Assembly (NCBI GenBank): GCA_002327685.1
Contig: DCXN01000003.1
Span: 6,981-70,980 of the forward strand
Reading direction: 5' to 3'
DNA length: 64,000 bases
From: Patescibacteria group bacterium UBA2135
Lineage (GTDB): Bacteria > Patescibacteriota > Minisyncoccia > Phycocordibacterales > UBA2135
This document shows positions 26,880 through 36,087 of the stretch, one piece after another. Each line of letters opens with the position of its first letter. The first letter of the stretch is position 1. The notes below the pieces were generated by a model. The model was not told where the DNA came from, ran no database searches, and was given only the letters and a program-made list of their open reading frames with translations. A program made the position numbers and the translations under genes.

Positions 26880-27034
26880 CCCCCCTCACTCGAAAAATTA
26901 TTGACGACGTAGAGCGAGGTAAATGGACGGGAAAGGTCTGACCTTGAGGAGGAGCGAAGCGACGGGAGAAGGTCGGACCTTGCGGAGTCCATTTGCCGAG
27001 CCGAGGAGTTAGTAACTTTTCGAGTGAGGGGGTG
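26880..27034. mobile_element. Non-coding MITE-like element with the same inverted repeats as the GIY-YIG element, carrying a family-2 repeat core
   Basis: Inverted repeats CCCCCTCACTCGAAAA (26881-26896) and TTTTCGAGTGAGGGGG (27017-27032) enclose GACGGGAAAGGTCTGACCTTGAGGAGGAGCGAAGCGACGGGAGAAGGTCGGACCTTGCGGAGTCCATTTGCCGAGCCGAGGAG. Confidence 0.55.
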
Positions 27035-27072
27035 CTCAAAAATTATAGTCGCTCCGCTCCTTAATTTTTAGC

Positions 27073-29355
27073 ATGACAAGAAAATACAAAAAAAGACGCG
27101 GGAAATCTTCTTTCCTGCCCGCATTAAAAGAAGAGACGCGGCGCTTCATATTCTCAATCCTCTCGTTTGTTATCGCGATCTTTTTTCTGCTTGCATACGC
27201 TAATCAAGCTGGAATTGTAGGAGAATCAATACGAAACATATTCAACAAATTCTTCGGTGTCGGATATTTCCTCTTTCCCGCCTTTCTCGTAGGAGCTGGT
27301 ATAGTATTTCTTTCAATAAAACGCACACATATTGCCGCGGCAACTTTTTTAGGCGGTCTTTTATTTCTCACATCCGGCCTTGCGCTAATCAGCACATTCA
27401 ATAGTGAGGCTGGAGGCATTGTGGGAGCGATACTCTCTTCTCCTTTTGTCGCACTCTTTGATACATTTGCCACAAAAGTGATCCTTATCGCTTTACTATT
27501 CGTCTCGTTACTAATCTTATTTGACGCAACCCCTACAAAGATTATTTCCTCTCTCTCCGAGCTGGCAAACTGGTTAAAAAATTTGGTGAGCAGAAAACAG
27601 GAATCACTAGATTCTGATGAATACGAGGAAGATGAAGACGGTGAAGAGGGTGAATATGATGATGAGGAGTATGATGAAGAAGACGAGATAGAGGCACAAG
27701 ACGAATCGGAAGGAGAGACTACGCACAAAGAAGACGCCGAGAAACGTACTGCGCCTTTTGCGCAAACACTATCGCAAACCAAAGAAAACATTCTTTCATT
27801 CGTACAGGCTACCTCAAAAGAGTACACTCCTCCCCCACTATCGCTTTTTGAAACAGACAAAGGCAAACCTGATGTTGGAGACATAAAAGCAAATGCGAAT
27901 ATTATCAAAAGAACGCTTCAACATTTTGGTATAAATGTTGAAATGGACGAGGTGTCTATCGGTCCATCAATTACACGTTACGCGTTAAAACCGGCACAAG
28001 GAGTAAAACTTTCCCGCATTATAGGACTTCAAAACGATCTATCGCTCGCGCTTGCGGCACACCCTCTTCGCATTGAAGCACCAATACCTGGAAGATCTTT
28101 AGTCGGTATTGAAATACCAAATAATAAAAAAACTATCGTTGGTCTTGGTTCACTTCTAAAATCGCCTGAAATAAAGAAAACATCTGCTCCACTTGCGTTT
28201 CCTATCGGACGCAGTATTACAGGAAATCCAATTGTCGGAAACTTAAACAAAATGCCGCACCTGCTAATCGCCGGAGCAACTGGTGCGGGAAAATCGGTTT
28301 CCCTGCACACGATTATTACATCGTTACTCCACCGTAATGCACCTACAAACCTTAGGATTATCATGGTAGACCCTAAGCGAGTAGAATTGACACTCTATAA
28401 CAATATCCCACATCTTCTGACACCAGTCATCACCGATCCTAAAAAGGCAATTTTAGCACTCAAGTGGGCCGGCAAAGAAATGGATCGCCGATATGATGTT
28501 TTAGAAGCAGAATCAGTACGCGATATCGCTTCATATCATAAAAATGTTGTTGAACCTGCTTATGCAGAACAAGCGCAGAACAAGCGCGGAACAAGCGCGG
28601 CGGAACAAGAACAAGAACAGGAAGTAAATCCACTACCAGAAACAATGCCGTATATTGTTGTCATCATTGATGAGCTAGCGGATATTATGAATCTATATCC
28701 ACGAGAACTTGAGTCAGCAATTGTACGCATTGCGCAGATGGCGCGCGCTGTAGGTATTCATCTCATTCTCTCAACACAACGACCACAGGTAAACATCATC
28801 ACCGGACTAATTAAGGCAAACATTCCAACACGCATCGCGCTTCAAGTCGCTTCACAAACCGACTCAAGAACAATTCTTGACATGGGTGGTGCCGAGAAAC
28901 TCTTAGGTTCCGGTGACCTACTCTATCTTTCAAGTGAGATGTCAAAACCGGTACGTCTGCAATCTGCCTATATCGGAGAATCAGAAATAAAGAAGATAAC
29001 TAAATTTCTCGCAAAGCAAAACAAAGACGGTAAATTTGATGTTGACGTACACATTAACTCTCCCAAGAAAGACGTATTATTTGAAGCAAACCTTGAAGAA
29101 AATCTGGAGGACAAAGAAGGCACCGAGGAAGATGAATTGTATGAAGATGCCCGGGAAATCGTCATTCAAAGCAAAAAAGCATCAACAACGTACCTTCAAC
29201 GAAAATTAAGAATTGGATACGCTCGCGCGGCGAGCATCATGGACATGCTTGAAGAGCGCGATGTTGTAGGGCCCGCGGAAGGATCCAAGCAAAGAGAGGT
29301 ATTAATATCCGCTGGTGAGGAGACAGATTATGATGATGAAAACGAAAGTATTTAG
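27073..29355 (+). CDS. ftsK: DNA translocase FtsK/SpoIIIE
   Basis: N-terminal transmembrane segments, an acidic linker (EYEEDEDGEEGEYDDEEYDEEDE), Walker A GATGAGKSV, and a C-terminal gamma winged-helix TTYLQRKLRIGYARAASIMDMLEERDVVGP. Confidence 0.9.
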   Translation: MTRKYKKRRGKSSFLPALKEETRRFIFSILSFVIAIFFLLAYANQAGIVGESIRNIFNKFFGVGYFLFPAFLVGAGIVFLSIKRTHIAAATFLGGLLFLTSGLALISTFNSEAGGIVGAILSSPFVALFDTFATKVILIALLFVSLLILFDATPTKIISSLSELANWLKNLVSRKQESLDSDEYEEDEDGEEGEYDDEEYDEEDEIEAQDESEGETTHKEDAEKRTAPFAQTLSQTKENILSFVQATSKEYTPPPLSLFETDKGKPDVGDIKANANIIKRTLQHFGINVEMDEVSIGPSITRYALKPAQGVKLSRIIGLQNDLSLALAAHPLRIEAPIPGRSLVGIEIPNNKKTIVGLGSLLKSPEIKKTSAPLAFPIGRSITGNPIVGNLNKMPHLLIAGATGAGKSVSLHTIITSLLHRNAPTNLRIIMVDPKRVELTLYNNIPHLLTPVITDPKKAILALKWAGKEMDRRYDVLEAESVRDIASYHKNVVEPAYAEQAQNKRGTSAAEQEQEQEVNPLPETMPYIVVIIDELADIMNLYPRELESAIVRIAQMARAVGIHLILSTQRPQVNIITGLIKANIPTRIALQVASQTDSRTILDMGGAEKLLGSGDLLYLSSEMSKPVRLQSAYIGESEIKKITKFLAKQNKDGKFDVDVHINSPKKDVLFEANLEENLEDKEGTEEDELYEDAREIVIQSKKASTTYLQRKLRIGYARAASIMDMLEERDVVGPAEGSKQREVLISAGEETDYDDENESI

Positions 29356-29432
29356 TATCTGGTATTTAGTATTTAGTATACGATTAAATTTTTTTATACT
29401 AGATACTAGATACTAAATACTTGATACCCATG
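29341..29432. repeat. AT-rich inverted-repeat region built from ATACTAAATAC / GTATTTAGTAT units
   Basis: GTATTTAGTAT x3 followed by ATACTAGATACTAGATACTAAATAC. The same unit family occurs at 33781-33875. Confidence 0.5.
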
Positions 29433-29786
29433 AAATTCAAATCAGGCATCAAAATTGCCCTCGGAGCAATTGTCATCACAACTATACTCGGATATGCTTA
29501 TTCAAAGACTGAATCATTTCTGCGCGGACCAACTATAGACGTTACTACCCCGCAAAGTGGGTCCAGCGTACATCAACAAATTACTGTTATAGAAGGAACA
29601 ATTGAACGCGCGGCGCATATTACGTTAAATGGACGGCAAATTTACACAGACGAAGCAGGCGTATTAAAAGAAGAGGTGTTGCTCGCGGAAGGATACAATG
29701 TTCTTGAACTTTCTGCGAGAGATAGGTTTGGAAGAGAGACGAGGGAGATTATAGAGATAGTGTACAATCAGAGTCTCCAATTTTGA
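29421..29786 (+). CDS. Membrane-anchored hypothetical protein
   Basis: 121 aa with an N-terminal transmembrane segment. Confidence 0.45.
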   Translation: MIPMKFKSGIKIALGAIVITTILGYAYSKTESFLRGPTIDVTTPQSGSSVHQQITVIEGTIERAAHITLNGRQIYTDEAGVLKEEVLLAEGYNVLELSARDRFGRETREIIEIVYNQSLQF

Positions 29787-29789
29787 ATT

Positions 29790-29900
29790 TTTAATTTCGA
29801 ATTTCGAATAAATTTTAAATGAATGAATGTTTCAAAATTAGTACATTCGAATTTGATTCAAAATTCAAAATTAGAAATTCGAAATTAAATGTTAGAGTAA
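29790..29900. promoter_or_regulatory. AT-rich inverted repeat upstream of recA
   Basis: TTAATTTCGAATTTCGAAT ... AGAAATTCGAAATTAAAT arms about 70 nt apart. Confidence 0.35.
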
Positions 29901-29925
29901 TTATATTAATTTATATCCCATATTT

Positions 29926-30930
29926 ATGACAAATAAAAAACAGACAAAACCCAAAAAGGAGACAAACACCGGTCTTGAAAACACCATTGAATCAATTAAA
30001 ACAAAGTTCGGCGAAGGCGCTATTATGAAACTTGGCGACAGGCCAAAGGTTAACATTGATGCAATTCCAACCGGTTCAATTGGACTTGACGCAGCACTTG
30101 GTATTGGAGGACTCCCGCGCGGACGCATTGTTGAAATCTACGGCCCAGAATCTTCCGGAAAAACCACGTTGGCACTCCACGTAGTCGCAGAAGCACAAAA
30201 AAAGGGCGGCGTATGTGCATTTGTTGACGCAGAACACGCCATGGATCCTGAATATTCAAAAAAGCTAGGAGTAGAAACAAAAGAATTACTCATTTCACAG
30301 CCGGATACCGGCGAACAAGCGCTTGAAATCACAGAAAGTCTCGTTCGCTCTGGAAAAATTGACGTAATTGTCGTTGACTCTGTCGCAGCGCTCACTCCTA
30401 GAGATGAGATTGAAGGCGAAATGGGAGCGCACCATGTAGGAAAACAAGCACGATTGATGTCACAAGCGCTTCGGAAATTAACTGCAATTGTCGCGAGAAG
30501 CAAGACCGTCGTTATTTTTATAAATCAAATTCGCATGCAAATAGGCGTGATGTTCGGAAATCCAGAAACTACTCCGGGAGGTAAGGCGCTTAAATTTTAC
30601 ACTTCAGTCCGTATTGATATCAGGAGAATCGCACAGATTAAAAAAGGAGATGATGTGATCGGCTCGCGAACACGAGCAAAAGTTGTTAAGAACAAAGTTG
30701 CCGCCCCATTCAGAAAAGCAGAGTTTGACCTAATCCACAATGAGGGAATCTCTCGCGAGGGAGAAATACTTGTCATCGGAGAAAATATAGGAATTATTTC
30801 AAAGTCCGGAGCATCATACAGTTTCGCAAAAGAAAAATTAGGCAGAGGATACGACGCAGCACGCATCACCCTCAAAGAAAACACCAAACTACGAAACGAA
30901 CTCCTAAAAGAAATTAAGGGACAATTGTAA
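29926..30930 (+). CDS. recA: Recombinase RecA
   Basis: [36 protein letters not shown]...[22 protein letters not shown]. Confidence 0.95.
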   Translation: MTNKKQTKPKKETNTGLENTIESIKTKFGEGAIMKLGDRPKVNIDAIPTGSIGLDAALGIGGLPRGRIVEIYGPESSGKTTLALHVVAEAQKKGGVCAFVDAEHAMDPEYSKKLGVETKELLISQPDTGEQALEITESLVRSGKIDVIVVDSVAALTPRDEIEGEMGAHHVGKQARLMSQALRKLTAIVARSKTVVIFINQIRMQIGVMFGNPETTPGGKALKFYTSVRIDIRRIAQIKKGDDVIGSRTRAKVVKNKVAAPFRKAEFDLIHNEGISREGEILVIGENIGIISKSGASYSFAKEKLGRGYDAARITLKENTKLRNELLKEIKGQL

Positions 30931-30942
30931 ACTAAATCATGT

Positions 30943-31070
30943 AGCCAGGTCTAGCCTTGAGGAAAAAACTGTACGGCCAGGTCTGACCTTGAGGAGGAGC
31001 GGAGCAACGGGAGAAGGTCGGACCTTGCGGTATAGTTTTCGGAAGAAGACCAGACCTTACGGACCTTGTC
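30943..31070. repeat. Family-2 GC-rich repeat array
   Basis: CCAGGTCTAGCCTTGAGGAAAAAACTGTACGGCCAGGTCTGACCTTGAGGAGGAGCGGAGCAACGGGAGAAGGTCGGACCTTGCGG...GACCAGACCTTACGGACCTTG. Confidence 0.75.
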
Positions 31071-31230
31071 GGAATAAAACGATAACAATTACTATCACAA
31101 TAACAACGTTATGGTTATAGTTATTAGTTACGGTTATAATTATTGTTTCTCACAAAAACCCATTTTCCTCTTGCTACGCCGCTACCAAAAACTCTCCGAC
31201 TTTCATCGATGAGTTTTCAATTTACAAGCT

Positions 31231-33078
31231 CTAATCCCCTATTGAAAGATTAGGATATTTGGTACGCAGGTCATCTCTTTCCGACAAAATGAGACCACTA
31301 AGATGAACGTTGCCGTCTACACGTTTTGGTAATTTAAGACCTTCGGATGATGTTAAGCCACTAAGATGAAGATTGCCGCTTACATTTTCGGGCAACTTAA
31401 GACCTTCAGATGATATTAAGCCATCAAGATTAAGACCACCGTCCATATGCTCGGGAAAATTGAGGTCTTTAGCTGACGTTAATCTTTCGAGATTAAGGCC
31501 GTCGCCTATATATTCGGGAAGATTGAGGCCTTTGATTGAGGTTAATCTGTTGAGAACCAGATGCCCACCTACATATCCGGGTAGCTTAAGACCTTCGACT
31601 GATGTTAATCTGAAGAAGTCAAGGTTGCCACCTACACGATTAGGTAATTTGAGCCCTTCGAACGAGGTTAAGTTATTGAGATAAAGGTTGCCACCTATAT
31701 ATTCAGGTAATTCAAGACCTTTAGTTGACGTTACGTCTTTGAGGTCTAAATGACCAAGGTGAAAAAGTATGCCACCTTGTAGAGCTTCTTCTTTGGTTAT
31801 ACTTACCTTATCTTTTGGCACATCAAATGCGAAAGATAAATCTTCTTTAACGTCTCTTTGATTTTGTATCTCTTTAATACGCGAGTCTCGTTGATGACCG
31901 AATCCTTCAATCTTAGAATCAATTTCGTAAAGAAATTTTATGTCGTCTTTTGAAAGTTCTTCGCCAGCCCGCCCTGAGTCTTGTCGAAGGGTTTTTCTCT
32001 CAATCTCGGTAAGCCGCTTCATGTCAGAAGTCTTCTTTTTGTATTGCTCTCCGTCAGGGAATTCCTGGAGTTTTTCTTCCACCACAGGAGCAATGTTTGA
32101 ATCAAGGTTTTGCTGTTCAGCTATGCCACGGACTTCTGCGATTTTGCCTTGTTGCATACGAATAGCAGCTCTCGGAATTATTGGTTTCCCATCTTCGTCG
32201 TATGAATAATATACATAAAAGTCACCTCCTTTAAGTTGTGTTTCCGCGGTTGACTCTCCCGCGGTACACCATCCTGTACCATGTCCTTGGAGAGAATGTA
32301 CCAATGGCATATGGTCTGAATTTCTGTCATATTTTATCCATTTTCCTTCTGTTCCGATTAGTTGTTCTTTTGACGCAGGTGTAATGCTTTCTATCGCGAA
32401 AGCATAGAGTTTGGAGAAGTTTTCGCCCTGGAGGAGTTCGTTAAATTTTTTCTGCTTTTCTTCATCAAACAAATACACGTCTAAATCTTCTCCCTTTGCT
32501 TTCTCTTCTATAGAATCAAGGACATAAGCCAAAGCTTCTCTGTTTAAGTCTGGGAATGGTTTTACAGTACCTTTTGTTCGCTTGGTGAATGATTTTTTCT
32601 CTTTGTCGTATTCACCCATTCCAAGCATACTTCGAAATGCGTAGTACTTTAACCAATCGGGGTATGTGGCATCTTTTGATGACAGATAGTCAGTCCATAC
32701 ATCCATGGAGCTTTTTTGGTCTGTGATGATAACTTCTGTCGCCTGCTCGCGAAGTTCTCCGCTAATCTCTACATCGCCGTGTCCTTGTTCACGCGCTATT
32801 CTCTGTTGAGCATCAAAATAGCTTTCGGATATTTCATCTTCCTTTATGACAAACTTGTCATAAAGCACCTTTTTCAGAGCTCGCATGCCGCGTTCGCGTT
32901 TTTCGGGATCTTCACGTTCAATAATCTCCTTAAAGCGATTAAGGTAGTTTTGTATCTGCTCTGTTGGTTTTTGTGGCACACGCTCACCCGTGATGGTTTC
33001 CGCACGCCTTGTAGCAGATTTCACCTCCGGTTTATTATGTAAATCGTATTTTTTCTTTAGAAATTCAGGATTTTCCAT
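31231..33078 (-). CDS. Leucine-rich-repeat protein (unknown N-terminal domain plus ~8 C-terminal LRR-like 23-24-aa repeats)
   Basis: Repeats LKLPxxVGGNLxLxxLTSxEG at the C-terminus. 615 aa. Confidence 0.55.
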   Translation of the reverse strand: MENPEFLKKKYDLHNKPEVKSATRRAETITGERVPQKPTEQIQNYLNRFKEIIEREDPEKRERGMRALKKVLYDKFVIKEDEISESYFDAQQRIAREQGHGDVEISGELREQATEVIITDQKSSMDVWTDYLSSKDATYPDWLKYYAFRSMLGMGEYDKEKKSFTKRTKGTVKPFPDLNREALAYVLDSIEEKAKGEDLDVYLFDEEKQKKFNELLQGENFSKLYAFAIESITPASKEQLIGTEGKWIKYDRNSDHMPLVHSLQGHGTGWCTAGESTAETQLKGGDFYVYYSYDEDGKPIIPRAAIRMQQGKIAEVRGIAEQQNLDSNIAPVVEEKLQEFPDGEQYKKKTSDMKRLTEIERKTLRQDSGRAGEELSKDDIKFLYEIDSKIEGFGHQRDSRIKEIQNQRDVKEDLSFAFDVPKDKVSITKEEALQGGILFHLGHLDLKDVTSTKGLELPEYIGGNLYLNNLTSFEGLKLPNRVGGNLDFFRLTSVEGLKLPGYVGGHLVLNRLTSIKGLNLPEYIGDGLNLERLTSAKDLNFPEHMDGGLNLDGLISSEGLKLPENVSGNLHLSGLTSSEGLKLPKRVDGNVHLSGLILSERDDLRTKYPNLSIGD

Positions 33079-33111
33079 GTGTTTAGGTTATCATAGTTTC
33101 GTTATGTGTTA

Positions 33112-33141
33112 AACATTCCAACATTCTGCAGAATGTTGGAA
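33112..33141. promoter_or_regulatory. Perfect 15-bp-arm palindrome upstream of the LRR gene
   Basis: CATTCCAACATTCTG/CAGAATGTTGGAATG. Confidence 0.4.
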
Positions 33142-33429
33142 TGTTAATGATATGCGAAAAAATCAAAACATATCCTTGATTATACGCTAATCTACATATC
33201 CCATCACTATACGATCGTGAGATAATAGGATATGTGTAGGATGGGCAAAAGAAACTATTGAAGTCCGACTTCAACAATAAGCAATCTAAAATCTAAAGCA
33301 CCTCTACCAAAACAGCCCCGCCATTCGGCGAGGATGTTTTGGTGTTTTTATTTCCACTAACTACCTTTGAGTTATTTAAATCTCTTATCAGCGTTAGTTC
33401 AGCGTTGCTATCAGCGTAATTTCAGCGAT

Positions 33430-33765
33430 CTACACAGGCATAAATGCTTCGGTTGTAATTTTTCGTCTCTGAATAATATCTCGTGCTAGAAGCGCAGTAA
33501 ATGCGATCATACCGAGTACAAGTATTTGCGTCATTACTTCAGTATTCAAAACCGCAGACTCAAGAAATGTAAAACTTCCCGTAAGTCCCCCGTCAAGATT
33601 CCAATTAGCAATGACATGTTTAATTGAAACATATGAAGTAATCTGCCATCCCAAGAGAACAATCAACACAGCTTTTATTGAAAGTGGATTAAATACATGC
33701 CTTAGAAACCACAGAAGATATATTCTCCGCATAATATATGCTTTGTTTTGTTCAGGTGTTTTCAT
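33430..33765 (-). CDS. Membrane protein, possibly the anti-sigma partner of the upstream ECF sigma factor
   Basis: 111 aa with transmembrane segments, immediately downstream of the sigma factor gene on the same strand. The function is inferred from position only. Confidence 0.4.
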   Translation of the reverse strand: MKTPEQNKAYIMRRIYLLWFLRHVFNPLSIKAVLIVLLGWQITSYVSIKHVIANWNLDGGLTGSFTFLESAVLNTEVMTQILVLGMIAFTALLARDIIQRRKITTEAFMPV

Positions 33766-33780
33766 TTTTAAATCAAAGTA

Positions 33781-33875
33781 TCTCGTATCTAGTATCTCGT
33801 ATTTTGTATAAAAACTAAAAAAAATTAACCGTATATACCATACTAAATACTAAATACCAGATACTAAATACTTTC
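33781..33875. repeat. AT-rich ATACTAAATAC-type repeat region
   Basis: ATCTCGTATCTAGTATCTCGTA...ATACTAAATACTAAATACCAGATACTAAATAC. Confidence 0.5.
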
Positions 33876-33876
33876 G

Positions 33877-34434
33877 TTAATTGTTAATTTTACTATTTAC
33901 TTTTTTAAACTCTCGCTTTGCGCGATAAATGCGTGTTTTTACCGCAGATATGGAAATGCCTTCAAGTGCGGCAATTTCTTTCTGTGGCATGCCATCAAGA
34001 AAATGAAGTTTTAACGCCCTACCCAACTGTTTAGGCATTCTCGTCAAAACAGAAGCTACAAAATCATATGTTTCAACATCCTCTACTTTGTCGGGAAATG
34101 CTTCATATACTTCCTTTTCAACCCGTAATAACGCGCCATCACTTTTCTTTAACTTCTGATAGTGTGAAAAGGTTGTGTTCAATAGTATTTTATATCCCCA
34201 TGATTTGAATGAAGCGCCCTGCTGAATTTTAAACCGGCCCGCATTTACATAAATTTTTACAAATGTTTCTTGCACAATATCATCAACTTCTTCCCGAGGA
34301 CCCAATATCCCACGCACCTTATTAAGAAACGGTGTTTGATAACGTTCAATCAACACCTCAAATACTGCCGGTTTTTTTACCGACAGAAAAAGAATCTCCT
34401 CATCACTTTTATCATGAAGTTCTTCGTGTTTCAT
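33877..34434 (-). CDS. RNA polymerase sigma factor, ECF (sigma-70 family)
   Basis: Region 2 (...DIVQETFVKIY...) and region 4 HTH (LDGMPQKEIAALEGISISAVKTRIYRAKREF). Start placed at the internal Met at 34434. Confidence 0.75.
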   Translation of the reverse strand: MKHEELHDKSDEEILFLSVKKPAVFEVLIERYQTPFLNKVRGILGPREEVDDIVQETFVKIYVNAGRFKIQQGASFKSWGYKILLNTTFSHYQKLKKSDGALLRVEKEVYEAFPDKVEDVETYDFVASVLTRMPKQLGRALKLHFLDGMPQKEIAALEGISISAVKTRIYRAKREFKKVNSKINN

Positions 34435-34444
34435 ACCTTTAATA

Positions 34445-34534
34445 CCTACAACATACAACTAACAACCTACAACTTAAAACCGATTGTGTTGATTGCTAGT
34501 CACCAGTTGTTAGTTGTTAGTTGTATGTTGTTGG
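34445..34534. promoter_or_regulatory. Long hairpin (29-bp arms) between rpsR and the sigma factor gene
   Basis: CCTACAACATACAACTAACAACCTACAAC ... GTTGTTAGTTGTTAGTTGTATGTTGTTGG. Confidence 0.5.
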
Positions 34535-34723
34535 TTATTTTGAGACATACGGCAAAAAACCCATAAAACGAGCTCGTTTCACCGCTTCAGAAATTTTTCT
34601 CTGATTGCGAGCGCTCACTTTTGTATATTTCTTTGAGACAATGCGAGCATGCAAATTAATATACTTTTTCAGCGTCTCAGTGTCCTTATAGTCTATATAT
34701 TTTAAGTTTGTGGCGTTATTCAT
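34535..34723 (-). CDS. rpsR: 30S ribosomal protein S18
   Basis: ...YIDYKDTETLKKYI...ARNQRKISEAVKRARFMGFLPY. Start taken at the internal ATG, which has a GGAGCGAAGGAAC RBS. Confidence 0.8.
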   Translation of the reverse strand: MNNATNLKYIDYKDTETLKKYINLHARIVSKKYTKVSARNQRKISEAVKRARFMGFLPYVSK

Positions 34724-34738
34724 GTTCCTTCGCTCCAC

Positions 34739-34873
34739 TCAGTCAAATTAAAAATGTAAAGCTCAAAACGAAAAATGACGGAGTAAAATGTAAAAATTAG
34801 AAAAATTTTAAAATTGTGGTATTTTGAATTTTAAATTGTAGTTTTGATTTTTGATTCTTGCACTTTGAGTTTA
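34739..34873 (-). promoter_or_regulatory. Duplicated ~130-bp leader (copy upstream of rpsR)
   Basis: About 90% identical to 35363-35489. Ends with GAGTGGAGCGAAGGAAC-ATG. Confidence 0.5.
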
Positions 34874-35347
34874 CTAGAACGGTATATCCCCTGGTTTAAT
34901 ATCTTCTTCCGGATATTCAATCGTGTCAAGCTCTTCTTTTTTTTCACCAACTGACTGCGTCTGTCCGGCGGAATCTTTTTGCGAAGACTGGGTCGGTGCC
35001 ATACCACCACCTCCCCCACTTGACCTTGGACCAAATTGCACGCGATCTGCCACAATTTCGGTACGATATTTCTTTTCCCCATCCTGTCCATCCCAACTTC
35101 TGTTTTGTATTCGTCCTTCAATTAAAGCAGAGCTTCCTTTGCGCAAATACTGTGAAACAGTTTCAGCTTGCCGTCCAAATACAACTACATTATGAAAATC
35201 AACACTTTCTTGCTGTTTACCGTCTTTGTCTTTCCAGACACGATTAGTTGCAATAGAAAAATTGGTAACAGGTGTACCTGATGGAAGTGATTTCAATTCA
35301 GGATCACGCGTAAGATTTCCAAATATGAATGCTTTGTTTAGATACAT
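34874..35347 (-). CDS. ssb: Single-stranded DNA-binding protein
   Basis: OB-fold (LNKAFIFGNLTRDPELK...), Gly-rich tail and C-terminal DIPF. Confidence 0.85.
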   Translation of the reverse strand: MYLNKAFIFGNLTRDPELKSLPSGTPVTNFSIATNRVWKDKDGKQQESVDFHNVVVFGRQAETVSQYLRKGSSALIEGRIQNRSWDGQDGEKKYRTEIVADRVQFGPRSSGGGGGMAPTQSSQKDSAGQTQSVGEKKEELDTIEYPEEDIKPGDIPF

Positions 35348-35362
35348 GTTCCTTCGCTCCAC

Positions 35363-35489
35363 TCAGTCAAATTAAAAATAAAAAACTCAAAACTAAAAAT
35401 GACAGAGTAAAGTGTAAAAATTAGAAAAATTTTAAAATTGCGGTATTTTGAATTTTAAATTGTAGTTTTGATTTTTGCGCTTTACGTTT
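35363..35489 (-). promoter_or_regulatory. Duplicated ~130-bp leader (copy upstream of ssb)
   Basis: About 90% identical to 34739-34873. Confidence 0.5.
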
Positions 35490-35996
35490 TTAGTTTCCTA
35501 CAAGTTCTTCAATCGTCTTATCAAGTTCTTCTTCCGAAAGCTGTTTTCCAGGCTTCTGCACCTTTTGCTCTTTTGTTATGCGGCCTGTTGGCTGTTTCGG
35601 TTTAAGAAACGTCATCTTCTTTACTGATGGCAGCTTCTCGCGAGCTATTTTCACTAAAATAAATCGCAATATATGTTTATTATGCTTTAATTCTTTGTCA
35701 AATTCAAGAAGATCTTTTGGAGACATCTGAAATTTAATCCAACCAAAAAGCGCGGTATCAAAATACTTTCGCTTTTGACCCATAATTTTAGACATAGAGT
35801 ACGCAAGAGACATAACTCTAGGCATCTGATCAGAGACCATAGCACCGCTATGTTTTTCAATACCGTCCTTAAGAACCCCCACTTCCTGTGGAATTTCTTC
35901 TTCAGAAAGTGTTGGCAATAGATGATAACCGAGCTCGTATAAGCGCGGTTCTTTGTCGTCTATATTCTCTTGTAATTCTATATCAACTTCTGTCAT
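35490..35996 (-). CDS. rpsF: 30S ribosomal protein S6 with a C-terminal extension
   Basis: YELGYHLLPTLSEEE... S6-like N-terminus. Position is the conserved rpsF-ssb-rpsR order. Confidence 0.65.
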   Translation of the reverse strand: MTEVDIELQENIDDKEPRLYELGYHLLPTLSEEEIPQEVGVLKDGIEKHSGAMVSDQMPRVMSLAYSMSKIMGQKRKYFDTALFGWIKFQMSPKDLLEFDKELKHNKHILRFILVKIAREKLPSVKKMTFLKPKQPTGRITKEQKVQKPGKQLSEEELDKTIEELVGN

Positions 35997-36087
35997 GTGA
36001 AAGAATGGTAACAGAAGGATTATTAAAAGTCAAAACCCGTTCTACGCGAGATCAAAAACGGCGGGCATAATGCCCGCCGTATATACG

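Noticed and set aside
34721-34738. MERRNM N-terminal extensions of rpsR and ssb
   Set aside because: The extension codons are the shared RBS region (GTG GAG CGA AGG AAC) of the duplicated leader. The internal ATG with proper RBS spacing is the likely start for both.
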